From: an uncultured virus (IMG/VR IMGVR_UViG_3300005290_000006)
Lineage: Duplodnaviria; Heunggongvirae; Uroviricota; Caudoviricetes
IMG/VR virus record: IMGVR_UViG_3300005290_000006
Span: 62,001 to 126,000 of that record
Length of the DNA: 64,000 nt
Reading direction: 5' to 3' (one strand)
Made by a program: the position numbers and the translations under genes. Each line of letters opens with the position of its first letter. The stretch's first letter is position 1. Positions 26,700 through 37,369 of this stretch are shown piece by piece. A model generated the notes under the pieces. The model ran no database searches and was not told where the DNA came from. It saw only the letters and a program-made list of their open reading frames with translations.

Positions 26700-28091
26700 A
26701 TGATCTCTATTGATTTCCTAAAACAAAGCCGTGCTGGGATCGAATTCATCGACTTCCAGACGACTCGTTTCTACGACGTACTGGCTGCCTGTATCGAGAA
26801 ACACATCTCGTACGACACCGGTGCTGCCGTATTGAAGGACAGTGTCAGCAAAGAATTGTTAGCCATCGTTGAAGAGTTCACTGGCTTCAGCAATATCACC
26901 ATCAAGTACGAAGACCAGGGCAACCTGGCAGTCGACACCGGCTACTTCTCGCCGAAGCACGTCCTCAACAACGAAGGCGTGGATCAACTGATGGGCATCA
27001 CCAAGACCACGTTGTACCGCTGGTTCGCTGAGAACAAGGTCAAGATGTTCAAAGGCACCATCGACTACACCACAGGCAAGGTAGGTGGTAGCTTTAAAAC
27101 CGTCCCGGTGAATTTGCACATCAACAAGAACCTCAGTGTAACCTTTGCCCCTGAGAAGGTGGCCAAGCACGGTGTTCCTCTGCCTGGTATTATTGCCGGT
27201 GCAATCGCTCACGAGCTGGGTCATGTGTTCGGTGCCTGCATGATGCTCTACACCGCTGCGTCGGACAACCTGGTAGCCAAGGCGGCTTTGGCACACTACA
27301 AGGCTGCTGGGCGTACTGAAGACCGTGTGGTGGTTCTGAAAGACACGGCTGCCATCCTCGAACTGGATCCGGCCAAGATCGCTGAGCTGCAAGCGATTGC
27401 TGAAAACCCGAATGACGACTCCTTCATCCTCTACTGGAACAAACTGACCGTGCAGCGTAACAGCCGTCGCAGTCTGTCCGTAGGTGTGGAGCGCATGTCG
27501 TCGGAAGTGGTTGCCGACATGTACGCCATCCGCATGGGTTGCAGCAAAGGTATCATCGCCGCCATCTCTGCTTTCGTAGACATCGGTGCGATTACCGTGA
27601 TCACCAACAGCCTGCTGAGCGCAACCATCCTCACCGTGCTGGCGGACATCACCTTCCTGCCCCTGTTGATCAGCTCCGCAAGCTTCACCCCGTTCTTCGT
27701 GTTCAGCGGTCTCGTGTTTACCACGTTGTTCATTGCTGACTACTTCTCCCGGGGTTATTCGGGAGTCTACAACGCTGACCACCGTCGCTTCGAAGACGCC
27801 ATTCGTCAACTGATCGCTCGCCTGAAAGAAGACAAGCGCATCACCGCTGCCGAGAAGGCTGAGTTGACCAAGGACATCGAAGTATTGCTGGAATTGGGTA
27901 AGTCATTCAAACCCTGGTACGACAATACCGTTATCGGTCGCGCCATGGGCTGGGTGTTCAACGGTGGCGATTTCAAGAAGCAAGAGATCGAGCACTACAC
28001 CCAGGTGCTGACCAACCACGAGCTCAACGTGTTCAGCATCAAGCTTGCCGCATTGAAACAACGTCGTGACCCGGACAACATCGAAGCGTAA
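26700..28091 (+). CDS. Virion protein with zincin HExxH motif and hydrophobic segment (gp84 position)
   Basis: AHELGH, EVVADMYA, about 60-aa hydrophobic stretch; AGIE near the N-terminus. Confidence 0.7.
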   Translation: MISIDFLKQSRAGIEFIDFQTTRFYDVLAACIEKHISYDTGAAVLKDSVSKELLAIVEEFTGFSNITIKYEDQGNLAVDTGYFSPKHVLNNEGVDQLMGITKTTLYRWFAENKVKMFKGTIDYTTGKVGGSFKTVPVNLHINKNLSVTFAPEKVAKHGVPLPGIIAGAIAHELGHVFGACMMLYTAASDNLVAKAALAHYKAAGRTEDRVVVLKDTAAILELDPAKIAELQAIAENPNDDSFILYWNKLTVQRNSRRSLSVGVERMSSEVVADMYAIRMGCSKGIIAAISAFVDIGAITVITNSLLSATILTVLADITFLPLLISSASFTPFFVFSGLVFTTLFIADYFSRGYSGVYNADHRRFEDAIRQLIARLKEDKRITAAEKAELTKDIEVLLELGKSFKPWYDNTVIGRAMGWVFNGGDFKKQEIEHYTQVLTNHELNVFSIKLAALKQRRDPDNIEA

Positions 28092-28118
28092 CCACCCCCA
28101 TTTAACAGGAGTACCATC

Positions 28119-28529
28119 ATGTCTCATTTGCCACACGTTATGGACTACAAGAAGAAGCTGGTCGAACTCGGCATCTCTTGCCCGCAACAGGGTGCGCAGT
28201 TCGCACTCGAAGCGTACAGCACCGCGATCATCCGTCATCACTTCAAGAACTCGTGCAGCATCGGCCTGAGCGAAGACGAAGAGAACTACGTCTGGAAGAT
28301 GCTGGACCGCTGGAACTCGGTATCCCCGATCAATGGTTCGTTCGTGTTCGCCACCGTCAAGGACCGCATGACCCGTCTGCGCGCGGCGCTGATCACCACC
28401 GGTCGTCCTATCCCGTTCACCACTGTGGTTGTGGTAGAAGGGACTGAAGGCGTTGACGTGGCACAGAACGAGCAGTTCGAAGTGCTGGTGGCCTACCTGA
28501 TGTCTGAACTGGGGAAAGGCCATGAATGA
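28119..28529 (+). CDS. Small virion protein (gp85 position)
   Basis: AGGAG RBS; synteny. Confidence 0.7.
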   Translation: MSHLPHVMDYKKKLVELGISCPQQGAQFALEAYSTAIIRHHFKNSCSIGLSEDEENYVWKMLDRWNSVSPINGSFVFATVKDRMTRLRAALITTGRPIPFTTVVVVEGTEGVDVAQNEQFEVLVAYLMSELGKGHE

Positions 28530-30051
28530 GTACCTGGACTCGTACAAGCAAATTGCCGACGGTCACCCCGACGACTCGTACGAACCGGGAACCAACAAAC
28601 AGCGCATTGATCTGACCGAGTACTACAAGGAAACCAAGCAAGACGACGCCACCATGATGGTGAGTGGGATCGAAGCGATGAACCTTGGTAAGTTCTCCAA
28701 GCGCGTGGCCGGTTACTTCAAACTGGCGGGCTTTGAATCGTACGACCCGTTTCCGTCTGAGCGTAACGCCCGGGCTGGCCAGGAAGGTTTCTTCGCCACT
28801 CTGAAGAACGGGTTCAAGACCTTCATCGAGAACATCATCAAGTACATCCGCATGGCGGTGGATTGGGTGGTCGACACGGTGCGTGGGATCTTCGGCTTCC
28901 GCAAGAGTGCGCGAATCAACAAGGCGATCAACGATTCCTTGGATGACCTCAAGAAAGAGTTCGTCACCGTGCTCAGCGGCCTGGGTTTCCCAGCGGCGGA
29001 ATACAACCTGGAAAACTTCCTGCAAAACCTTCCTCCTAACCAGGACCGGGTAGCGCAGTTGATCCTGCTGAAAAGCAAGTTCGAAACGGACCAGGGTTCC
29101 ATCGATGCGCTGGGCGAAGCCTTGCCATTGCTGCAACAGTGCATTGCCAAGCTGAAGAACTCCAGCGACCGTGTGACTCAGGCATCTTCCAGCCTGAAGA
29201 TCACCATCAGCAAGGAACACACCAAGGTGCGCGCCCGCGGTCACCTCAATGAGAACTGGGGTCAGCCTACCCCGGATCTCCCAGCTGAAGTCAACCGGGT
29301 CATGAAGGCGATCCTGGACGTGTCCACCGGTCTCGACGCAGTCGGTCTGGCTACGGAAGTGTCCAAGCTCTACAACCTGCTGTACGGCATCAACTTCAGC
29401 AACGATGAGCTCATGACCGGTTTCAGTAACGTTCGTAAGCGCATCCAGGAAACTGTAGCGACCGAGACTGTCAAACTCGGCAAGCAGGACATCCCTGTGC
29501 TGTTGACCAGCATCCAGTTCCTCAACATGCGTTACATCGAAGTCACCTCGGATGACCTGGACCTCTCGAAGATCAACTTCAAGAACCTGGGCAACACCGT
29601 GGACAAGACGGACGCAGAGAAGGTTGGTTTCATCGCCGACTTCTACGAGAACCCTGCGCTGGTGCAGATGTATCAGCAGATGACAGTTGACGTGCGGAAC
29701 TTCAGCCAGTTCTGCTACAGCGTATCGAGTTCCCTGATGGTGGTGGAGAAACAAATCACCAACCTGGTGGAATGGTACAACCGGGCACACGCCTTCTACT
29801 ACCACGGTCTGCTGGAAGACATGGAAGAGGTGGCGAAGATCAACCGTGAAGCACGTGCAGCGGGTCACACCCCGTACGCCAACGCGGCTGGTTATCCTCG
29901 TGAGTTCGTGTTCATCAAAGATGCTGACGCTCAAACCTTTGCTGAGAAGGCCGGTGCAGTGTCCGAGACGATCATCTCGAACGACTTCGGTGGCGTTAAA
30001 ACCACCTTCAACAACTTCGCCAAACAAACTGGCTGGGGGAAACTGGTATGA
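28522..30051 (+). CDS. Internal head protein (gp86 position)
   Basis: SGIE, AGFE, AGQE sites then amphipathic helix GFFATLKNGFKTFIENIIKYI. Confidence 0.7.
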   Translation: MNEYLDSYKQIADGHPDDSYEPGTNKQRIDLTEYYKETKQDDATMMVSGIEAMNLGKFSKRVAGYFKLAGFESYDPFPSERNARAGQEGFFATLKNGFKTFIENIIKYIRMAVDWVVDTVRGIFGFRKSARINKAINDSLDDLKKEFVTVLSGLGFPAAEYNLENFLQNLPPNQDRVAQLILLKSKFETDQGSIDALGEALPLLQQCIAKLKNSSDRVTQASSSLKITISKEHTKVRARGHLNENWGQPTPDLPAEVNRVMKAILDVSTGLDAVGLATEVSKLYNLLYGINFSNDELMTGFSNVRKRIQETVATETVKLGKQDIPVLLTSIQFLNMRYIEVTSDDLDLSKINFKNLGNTVDKTDAEKVGFIADFYENPALVQMYQQMTVDVRNFSQFCYSVSSSLMVVEKQITNLVEWYNRAHAFYYHGLLEDMEEVAKINREARAAGHTPYANAAGYPREFVFIKDADAQTFAEKAGAVSETIISNDFGGVKTTFNNFAKQTGWGKLV

Positions 30052-30782
30052 CCGACGTTACCTACGATCAGTTGGTTGAAAGCCGCAACGCAGCCATGTC
30101 TGAAATGAACGGCTGTCTGTCCTCCCTGAAAGGCATGGCAGAGAAGTTGCACGAAGGCGTCTCCCTCAAGGAAGCCTGCGAAATCGTGGACCGCTTCTGG
30201 CCTACACGTGAAGCAGGTGAACTGAAGACTCGTCTCTTCAGCTCGTTCCCCAAGGAGAATGGACAGGTCCTGTTGAACAAGGGCCTGGACAAACGCATTG
30301 TGGAAAACATCGCGGTGGACATCACGCGGGCGTACTTCCACAACATCTCCGAGTACGTCTCGTGCAAGGTTGAAGAGTCGCTGGCTCACATCAACAGCCT
30401 GGGCCTGGATAACGGTGCGGCCGCTGAAGCCATCGGGCAACTGCGCAAGCAGGTAGCTCGTTACCTCGGTTACATCAACTGGGGTGTGTACGAAATCAAG
30501 ACCCAGTTGTTGGGCAAGAACGTGGACTGGGAAGAACTGACCCCATCGGTAGATGGTGTTGAGAACGGTGATTACCTCTTCCTGGAAAACCTGCCGTTGC
30601 TGACCGAGCAAGCGCACGATCGTTTCATCGAAGAGAACCTGCCCCAGAAGTACGGGTTTGCTCTCTCCGACCTCGATTGGCGTTTCGGTACGCTGGAAGC
30701 CGTGATGGAACTGTCGTTGCTGTTCGCGAAGTACCTGCACGAGTTCGAGTCGAAGATCGGTAACAAAGAAGTAGTTGCGTGA
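30048..30782 (+). CDS. Hypothetical protein
   Basis: ATGA overlap; 244 aa. Confidence 0.75.
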   Translation: MTDVTYDQLVESRNAAMSEMNGCLSSLKGMAEKLHEGVSLKEACEIVDRFWPTREAGELKTRLFSSFPKENGQVLLNKGLDKRIVENIAVDITRAYFHNISEYVSCKVEESLAHINSLGLDNGAAAEAIGQLRKQVARYLGYINWGVYEIKTQLLGKNVDWEELTPSVDGVENGDYLFLENLPLLTEQAHDRFIEENLPQKYGFALSDLDWRFGTLEAVMELSLLFAKYLHEFESKIGNKEVVA

Positions 30783-30784
30783 AT

Positions 30785-30830
30785 AACCCCTACCCCATGC
30801 CCCCGTTAAGGAAGGCATGGGGTAGGGGCT
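30785..30830. terminator. Stem-loop between convergent genes
   Basis: cccctaccccatgcc..ggcatggggtagggg. Confidence 0.8.
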
Positions 30831-30838
30831 ATGTTTGC

Positions 30839-33760
30839 TTACACGTTTGCAATGCTCGAATCGTGTGGCAGGAAGATGATGTCAATCGCTTCCTTAACGC
30901 CCACACCGCCATCACCGGTCAACTTCAAGTTCTTACGGACACTGAAGCCAGTGAGGTTATCCACGTTACTGATAACGTCCACTGTGGTATCACCGGAGAT
31001 AGCGCTCAGCTTCACGGACACCACCTGGTCACCCACGTCTTGCATCAGACTGGTGACGAAGTTGGTAATGCCGATCGTCATTGCGCCGTACAGAGCCACG
31101 TTGATAACCCGTGGGGAACTGGCGGTTAACGCATCCTTCAGGTTTTGGTTCTTGTAACCCGCTGCCGTCAGGTAATAGGTAATGGTAAACTCGAGGTCCT
31201 GCTTGAGGAACGACTCGTAGTTGCTGTTGACCACCACCTTCTGGTACCCCAGCTTGCTGCGTGGCTGGTAGAACAGGTCGGTACGGTCCAGCGCTTCCGA
31301 GGTAAAGGCTTCCATGTCTTTACTGATGACGTTGACGAAGTAGTTCTTCGTGTCCAGAGCAAACTGGACGTCATACGGGTCATCGCTGAAGAAGTAGTTC
31401 CCGTCGAAAGCAATGAAGTCCCAGTGGTACTTGAGATCACGAGGAGCCAAGATAACAGGTTTCCCGTCTTCTAACACCACGTCACCCGCACGATACAACA
31501 GACGCGTACTGCCGTCAGAGTTGTAGACGATCTGACCAGCCTGTTGTTCCAGGATAGCCTCATCGTTGTCATCGAAGACCAACTCACCTTCTTCATCCCG
31601 CTTGAACTTGTTGACCAAGTAGGTTTCAGGAACGTCTGTTGGATAACGCAGGTACTGGGCTTCACCCACCAGCGGACGAATCCGGCTGTAGAGGTTACCC
31701 ATCAGTTTACCGAAGGTCACGCCGTAGCGGGTCTCGATGATCGCAACCATGTCTTCAGGGAACAAGGACTGGTCGATCTTCGCATCGGAATCCGTTTTGC
31801 TGAACTCCTGGTCACCCACGTAGCAGAAGATAAACGTCATGTCGATCTTCAACTTGGAACCGGTGCTTGGCTGGACGGTACCGAACTGGTGCAGGTTGGT
31901 GAAGTAAATCACGTCGTTCACATCAACGTCGAACTTACTTTCCAGGTCAAACTCCCAGATACGTTCCTTGTCTTCCGTGATGCCCACCAGAGTACCGGCA
32001 ATAGAGGCCAGGCTGGTGGAGTCTTCGGGGGAGATCGACAGCTGCATGCCCAACACGTTGTTATCGAGCTGCTTGTACGCGTCACTAGACTTCGTCACCA
32101 GGGTGATCTTGTAACCGGTGTCAACGTGATCAATAGCAATCGACCCCACCCCCAGTTCAAACCCGAGTGTCGAGTTCTCAGCCACGAAGGTTTGGTTGTT
32201 GACAGTTGGGGCATCCAGGTGATAGGTCCGCAGCACGGCCTGGTTGCTGGTCATGTCCAACACGTAGTAGAACGGTGTGTAGACCAGTGTCGAAGACGAC
32301 ATCGTGTCCACAAGCTGCTCACTGGACATTGCCAGGTAACGGTTCTTGTTGAGTTGGTTAACCAACTTGGACGTCGGGGTGGTGATGTCGAACAACACGT
32401 TGTGCGGGATGGTAATGCGCTTACCGTTATCCAACACCACGCCTGCACCCACCAGATCATTCGCCGAAGCCAGGTGACTGCCCACGTAGCAAGACATCGG
32501 AGCGTAGAAGCCCTTGTTGTCCTGGATAGGTAGTTCCTTGCTGAGCGAGTAGGTCCGCTTGGTGAGGTAGTCGATGGTCTGCACTGCGCCGTAACCGTAG
32601 TTCTCAACCTTACCTTTCAGGTTGCTCTCGGTAATCGGGGTATTACGCTGGCGACGGTCATCAATCAACGCTTGCTTCATCTCGTTGAAAGGAACCGGGT
32701 TAGTGCCGCCCGTGGTGATATCGATCACCGCCCAGGCCGCACCACCGGCGTTACGCAGCATGGCCGACGTATCACCCAGCTTGCCAGCGCCGTAACGGAA
32801 GTCCTGGTAAGTTGGAGTAATCGACTGCGATGGGGTATCGCGCAGATCCTTGACCAACACACCCTTGGTGGTGTAGGTGTAGATGCGGATCGTGCCAGTC
32901 CCCAGCTTGTTGCTGATGTAGACGTCAGGGATCTCGTAGTTGAACACGTTGTTAACCGTGTCAATATCCAGAGCCAGGGTAACCTTCAACGGGTCAAACA
33001 CGTCCTGGTCGAAGGTGACGTCAATCTCGTTCAGCTGCCCGTCCTTATAAAGGAACGCACGCACACCGAACAAGTAGTCCGAGTAATTAATCGAACCCCG
33101 GCAACCAGAACTTTCGTTCGCCGTGATGTTTTCAGTCGCTCGGATATCCAACTGCTCAACAGGAATGTTGAACAAACGGTAGATCTTACCGTTAACTTCC
33201 TTGAGGTCCTTTTCGATCAGGTTAGTACCGATCGGACTGAAAGGGTTGTTGGTCTGTTCGTCGTACACAGCCTGCCAACCGGCTTTCTCACTATAACGCA
33301 GCTCTACGCCGTTGTTCACGCAGAAGCTGTAACCGTTAACGTCGAGGATGGTGTCCTTAGGAATCAAGATCACTTTGTAACTAACAGTGGTCTTACCCTG
33401 AGTAACCGTGACGTCCTTCGCAATGTCCTTGAAGGAATCCTCGGTGATTGCGAATTGCAGCATGGAGTTAGCCGGCATGGCAAACAAACCAAAGCGTTCG
33501 TCATCACCCATGTTGCGGCTGAGGTCGCTGACGTTACGAGCGTGCTTCAGGGCTACCTTGCTGGTTGCGTCTTCCAGGCGATTGAGGAAGCCGTGCGTAG
33601 TACCCAGGATCAGGTCCATGCACAAGACCGCTGGGTGAGACTTGCTGTTCAGCTTGACGGTCCCGTTAAACCAGTTCTTTTCGATTTCATCAACGATCAG
33701 GTTAATGCCTCGTTGCGGGTTGTTCGCCAACCGAGTCAGATCATCTTGAGACATTGCCAT
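30839..33760 (-). CDS. Baseplate wedge protein, T4 gp6/P2 J-like (gp87 position)
   Basis: TTGGTNPVPFNEMKQ..RNTPITESNL resembles the GG-x-D-x-E..RAVT-x-x-DY J/gp6 motif; 973 aa beta-rich. Confidence 0.65.
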   Translation of the reverse strand: MAMSQDDLTRLANNPQRGINLIVDEIEKNWFNGTVKLNSKSHPAVLCMDLILGTTHGFLNRLEDATSKVALKHARNVSDLSRNMGDDERFGLFAMPANSMLQFAITEDSFKDIAKDVTVTQGKTTVSYKVILIPKDTILDVNGYSFCVNNGVELRYSEKAGWQAVYDEQTNNPFSPIGTNLIEKDLKEVNGKIYRLFNIPVEQLDIRATENITANESSGCRGSINYSDYLFGVRAFLYKDGQLNEIDVTFDQDVFDPLKVTLALDIDTVNNVFNYEIPDVYISNKLGTGTIRIYTYTTKGVLVKDLRDTPSQSITPTYQDFRYGAGKLGDTSAMLRNAGGAAWAVIDITTGGTNPVPFNEMKQALIDDRRQRNTPITESNLKGKVENYGYGAVQTIDYLTKRTYSLSKELPIQDNKGFYAPMSCYVGSHLASANDLVGAGVVLDNGKRITIPHNVLFDITTPTSKLVNQLNKNRYLAMSSEQLVDTMSSSTLVYTPFYYVLDMTSNQAVLRTYHLDAPTVNNQTFVAENSTLGFELGVGSIAIDHVDTGYKITLVTKSSDAYKQLDNNVLGMQLSISPEDSTSLASIAGTLVGITEDKERIWEFDLESKFDVDVNDVIYFTNLHQFGTVQPSTGSKLKIDMTFIFCYVGDQEFSKTDSDAKIDQSLFPEDMVAIIETRYGVTFGKLMGNLYSRIRPLVGEAQYLRYPTDVPETYLVNKFKRDEEGELVFDDNDEAILEQQAGQIVYNSDGSTRLLYRAGDVVLEDGKPVILAPRDLKYHWDFIAFDGNYFFSDDPYDVQFALDTKNYFVNVISKDMEAFTSEALDRTDLFYQPRSKLGYQKVVVNSNYESFLKQDLEFTITYYLTAAGYKNQNLKDALTASSPRVINVALYGAMTIGITNFVTSLMQDVGDQVVSVKLSAISGDTTVDVISNVDNLTGFSVRKNLKLTGDGGVGVKEAIDIIFLPHDSSIANV

Positions 33761-34833
33761 CAGATTTCTCTCCAGTATTCCATTTCCATGGTGTCAATGT
33801 TGATCCATGGATAAGACTCGCTGCCGTCAGCGTAGTGTTCGGAAAATGCAAGTTTACGATATTTCTGCTCACGAACAGACGGCAGCAGGTCCGGGTTGGA
33901 TTTCAAGGTGCAGCGGTTGAACATGTCGGCAATACGGATGTTACCGAAACGGAAGCCTACAGAAGAGAAGTTAATCTCCAACTCATCCTGTCCCTGCCCA
34001 CGAATACTGTTCTGCGTCCGGTCGATGGTACTGAAGGCACCCGACGGGAATGTGGTGGGGATGCTGCTCCCACTACAGAACAACCACTCGATGTTCCGCA
34101 TGTTCTTGTTCATGATCACGTGGTAAATGCGGCAGTCGTAATCAATGTAGTTCTCGATCAACGCAGACGGGTAAGGTTCCATCCCCTCATCGCCTAGCTT
34201 GACCGCTTCAATGTAATGGATCCAGGCTTCAAACATGTAAGCAAGGAAGTTAGGTTTAGGCACGTGGTACGACTGACGAACGTCGAAATCGTAGTTGACC
34301 TTCAGCACACCGTTGACGAACTGGTAGACTTCTTTACGGAAGCCTGGGTTGGATTTACCCATTGCCAGTTGCAAGTCAGGGAAACCAGAACTCACCTTCA
34401 GGTAGTTGGTGAGCGGAGGAATCCACGGGTACTTGGGGTTGAGAATATCGGACATACCACTGTTACCACGACCCCACACCGGATCCAGCATGCCCTTTAT
34501 ATAAGCCAGCAAAGTATTTTTCTGAGGCCTGTACAAAGGAGCCAGCTGTGGATGTTTGATGACGTTTTCGTCAGACAAATTCAGCATGGGCCTGCTAACA
34601 AACGCTAATCCTATGGTGTCGTCGGGGATGGGCGCTAGCTGGTTTCCTGGACCGAGAATTCTGATGCCCCGGAGCATGTTGACCAACGGACTCTGTATCC
34701 CGGGTCCACCGTTTTCCTTGAACGCATAATCCAGGTACTCAGGAACAGTTTGTCTCGTTAAATCAACGGTAGGTTTCTCATTACCAGGTGTGCCTTCAAA
34801 CCATCCCTCATTAGAAATCGGGCTGTCAGCCAT
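33760..34833 (-). CDS. Virion structural protein, possibly tube-like baseplate component (gp88 position)
   Basis: Coupled to the wedge gene; beta-rich; synteny. Confidence 0.55.
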   Translation of the reverse strand: MADSPISNEGWFEGTPGNEKPTVDLTRQTVPEYLDYAFKENGGPGIQSPLVNMLRGIRILGPGNQLAPIPDDTIGLAFVSRPMLNLSDENVIKHPQLAPLYRPQKNTLLAYIKGMLDPVWGRGNSGMSDILNPKYPWIPPLTNYLKVSSGFPDLQLAMGKSNPGFRKEVYQFVNGVLKVNYDFDVRQSYHVPKPNFLAYMFEAWIHYIEAVKLGDEGMEPYPSALIENYIDYDCRIYHVIMNKNMRNIEWLFCSGSSIPTTFPSGAFSTIDRTQNSIRGQGQDELEINFSSVGFRFGNIRIADMFNRCTLKSNPDLLPSVREQKYRKLAFSEHYADGSESYPWINIDTMEMEYWREI

Positions 34834-34863
34834 AATTATTTATTCCTTCTCGGAGAGGTTAAC

Positions 34864-35979
34864 ATGATCGGAAGTGTACTCAATCTGGGGTCTTTCTTAC
34901 TCGACTTCGCGTCGAAAGTCTACCCAGACAGCAAAGATATAGGCTCGGCAGCCGACGTGGCTGAGCGGGTAAAACGTTCATACAATGTGGTTTCGACCAC
35001 ATCGGTGACACAGTCTGCAAACCGCGCAATCATTGCTCCAATGTGCGGTATCGAAGCGCCTTTGCTGCACCAGGAATTCATGGCTGATCTGATGCAGATC
35101 GTCATGCTGCGTGACGTCGTGGCCACCCTGACCCACTTGGCTTTGCAGAACTCTGCTGGCATGGGTGTCAAGGTTCAGGACATTATCGGCACCATCAGCC
35201 CTAACCGTGGCGGCATGCTGTCCGTGCTGGGTGCTGAAGCCCTCAACGACAACATCCGCGGCCTGGAAGACAACACTGCCAAAGGCGAAGACGAAGACAA
35301 AACCAACTTCGTTCAAGTCGGTGGCAAGACCTTCCCGGATCTCCACGAGTTCGCCCCGCTGGCCATCGGTAAGGTAGTGAACGCTACTATCTACGGTGAC
35401 AACGGCGCCAAGATCGAGTTCCCGCTGACCTTCCGTCAAATCCCGATGCCGATGAAAGCGGCTGACCTGACCATGACGTTCTCGGCTGCGAAGATCGAAG
35501 ACGGCTTTAAAGCTCGCATCATGATGATGAAGACCGGTGAGTTGACCTCTCCTGAATTCTGTTCTGGCTTCGACATCGTTAAAGAGCGCTTCCGCATCCG
35601 CAACGAAGAAATGTCGGGCTACTATAAAGAAGCCCTGGCTCGTGAAACCGGTAACCGCATGGCGGCGATCAAGACCGGCCTGGTCAGCTTCAACAGCATG
35701 GCCAACACCTTCATCCTCAGCAAGGACACGGCCAACCAGCTCGAACTGGACATCGGTAAGCGTTTCGATGATCCGAAGTCGCGCGAGAAGATCTTCTCGG
35801 CGGTCAAGGCCAACACCATCATCGTGTGCAACGAAGACCGTGGCGTGTTCACGTTCTACACACACGGTTCGAACATGGCAGAGACTTACACCCGTAAGGA
35901 CCTGTCGAACAAATCCAAGAAAGACACCGGCAGTAACACGCTGGCTGATCTGGTCAAACTGTTGAACGGGGGCGTGTAA
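34864..35979 (+). CDS. Head/inner-body protein (gp89 position)
   Basis: GGAGAGG RBS, strong codon bias, LGAE/RGLE sites; synteny. Confidence 0.65.
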   Translation: MIGSVLNLGSFLLDFASKVYPDSKDIGSAADVAERVKRSYNVVSTTSVTQSANRAIIAPMCGIEAPLLHQEFMADLMQIVMLRDVVATLTHLALQNSAGMGVKVQDIIGTISPNRGGMLSVLGAEALNDNIRGLEDNTAKGEDEDKTNFVQVGGKTFPDLHEFAPLAIGKVVNATIYGDNGAKIEFPLTFRQIPMPMKAADLTMTFSAAKIEDGFKARIMMMKTGELTSPEFCSGFDIVKERFRIRNEEMSGYYKEALARETGNRMAAIKTGLVSFNSMANTFILSKDTANQLELDIGKRFDDPKSREKIFSAVKANTIIVCNEDRGVFTFYTHGSNMAETYTRKDLSNKSKKDTGSNTLADLVKLLNGGV

Positions 35980-36864
35980 ATGGACGCAATTGAATATAGC
36001 GCTGGCGTTGAAACGTTTAAAGACACTGAGGTCATCTCGGCGTTGCTGAACATTTCGGTTGCCGCCACTGACCTGGAAGGTAACATCAGTCGCATTCGTA
36101 ACAGCGACCTGGACCTCTCCGCCGTTGCCAACGAGTGGATCATCACCAAAGGCCTGGGCAAGTTCCTGCGGGACAATGGTGTGCGTACTGACGACCTGTC
36201 GCAAACCCTGCTGGTCGGTGTTGCTGCGATCCAAGCGCTGGTGCCTGAAGTGACCAAGCTGGTCAAAGGCTACAACGAGAAGATTTGGTCCGGCAAGATG
36301 CTGACCCTGCGTCAGACCAACATCCTGAACCTGATCGAGCACCTCACGTTCTGGATCAAGTTCACCCGGATGATCTTCGACGTTCTGTTGACCATGAACA
36401 ACAAGGACATCCACGCGGACCAGTACCTGACCAAGTACGACACCCGCTGGATCAACGGCACCGATCGTTTCTACCGTCAACTCACTGCCGAGCTGCTGAA
36501 AGGCTCCAAGGCTGTGCTGGCGCGTTTGAACGACGTACCGGATATCGAAATGACCCCTACTACCCTCGACGTGCTGGAAAGCACTGAAGGCGCTGACAAG
36601 GTCGATCTGCTGAAGCAGGGTTTCGGTGTCCACCTGGTCAACCCGATTTTCTGGTACCACCTGGCCTGGTCCAAGATCAACATCATGCGCATCGAAAACA
36701 TGCGTCGTGATAACGAACTGTTCGCCATGAAGATCAACCAAGCCATCAACAAGAAGTCCGGTGGCGGCGAAGATCCTCAGCTCGAACGGCAGATCGAGAT
36801 CTACCAGAACGAGATCATCAAGAACACTGTTGCCATCGAACAGATCGAGAAGAAATATGCCTGA
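35980..36864 (+). CDS. Head protein (gp90 position)
   Basis: Abuts previous gene; AGVE near the N-terminus. Confidence 0.65.
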   Translation: MDAIEYSAGVETFKDTEVISALLNISVAATDLEGNISRIRNSDLDLSAVANEWIITKGLGKFLRDNGVRTDDLSQTLLVGVAAIQALVPEVTKLVKGYNEKIWSGKMLTLRQTNILNLIEHLTFWIKFTRMIFDVLLTMNNKDIHADQYLTKYDTRWINGTDRFYRQLTAELLKGSKAVLARLNDVPDIEMTPTTLDVLESTEGADKVDLLKQGFGVHLVNPIFWYHLAWSKINIMRIENMRRDNELFAMKINQAINKKSGGGEDPQLERQIEIYQNEIIKNTVAIEQIEKKYA

Positions 36865-37369
36865 TTACAGACTGATCAAAAACGGCTACGTGGAAGCGTC
36901 GTTGTCTGATCAGGAGTTGGCGTCGTTGTTCAAGAACTTGCGCCTGTTGCGTACGGACTCGTACAACGACTTCGAAATTGTGGTGAAGGGTTACGTTGCC
37001 GTGGAAACACTGCGGGAAGCGAAACGTATCACCGGTAACAATTTCGCCCACTTCCTGGAACTGAACTTCGACGGCGGCCGCGGTCCGCTGGCAAGCCTGG
37101 TACGCGACATCGTGCATTACCTCAATGGTAAGCAAGGGCACCTCACCGTGCTCACTGCGATTCGCATGCAAGAACACGTGTTGGAAGCCTCTGCCCGTGC
37201 TCGCTCTGCAACTTATCAGTCGGGACATCGTCCGGGTGGTAATGAGCCGTTCCTCAAGGACGGTTACCGCATCGAAGACTACGACCTTTATCGTCTTGCT
37301 GCTGGTATTGGCCCCGCCGCTGTAGGACGGATTCTTTTACTCTTGGGCGGAGAAAACAACTATGCCTAG
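36857..37369 (+). CDS. Virion protein (gp91 position)
   Basis: ATG 36857 overlaps the upstream stop. Confidence 0.65.
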   Translation: MPDYRLIKNGYVEASLSDQELASLFKNLRLLRTDSYNDFEIVVKGYVAVETLREAKRITGNNFAHFLELNFDGGRGPLASLVRDIVHYLNGKQGHLTVLTAIRMQEHVLEASARARSATYQSGHRPGGNEPFLKDGYRIEDYDLYRLAAGIGPAAVGRILLLLGGENNYA

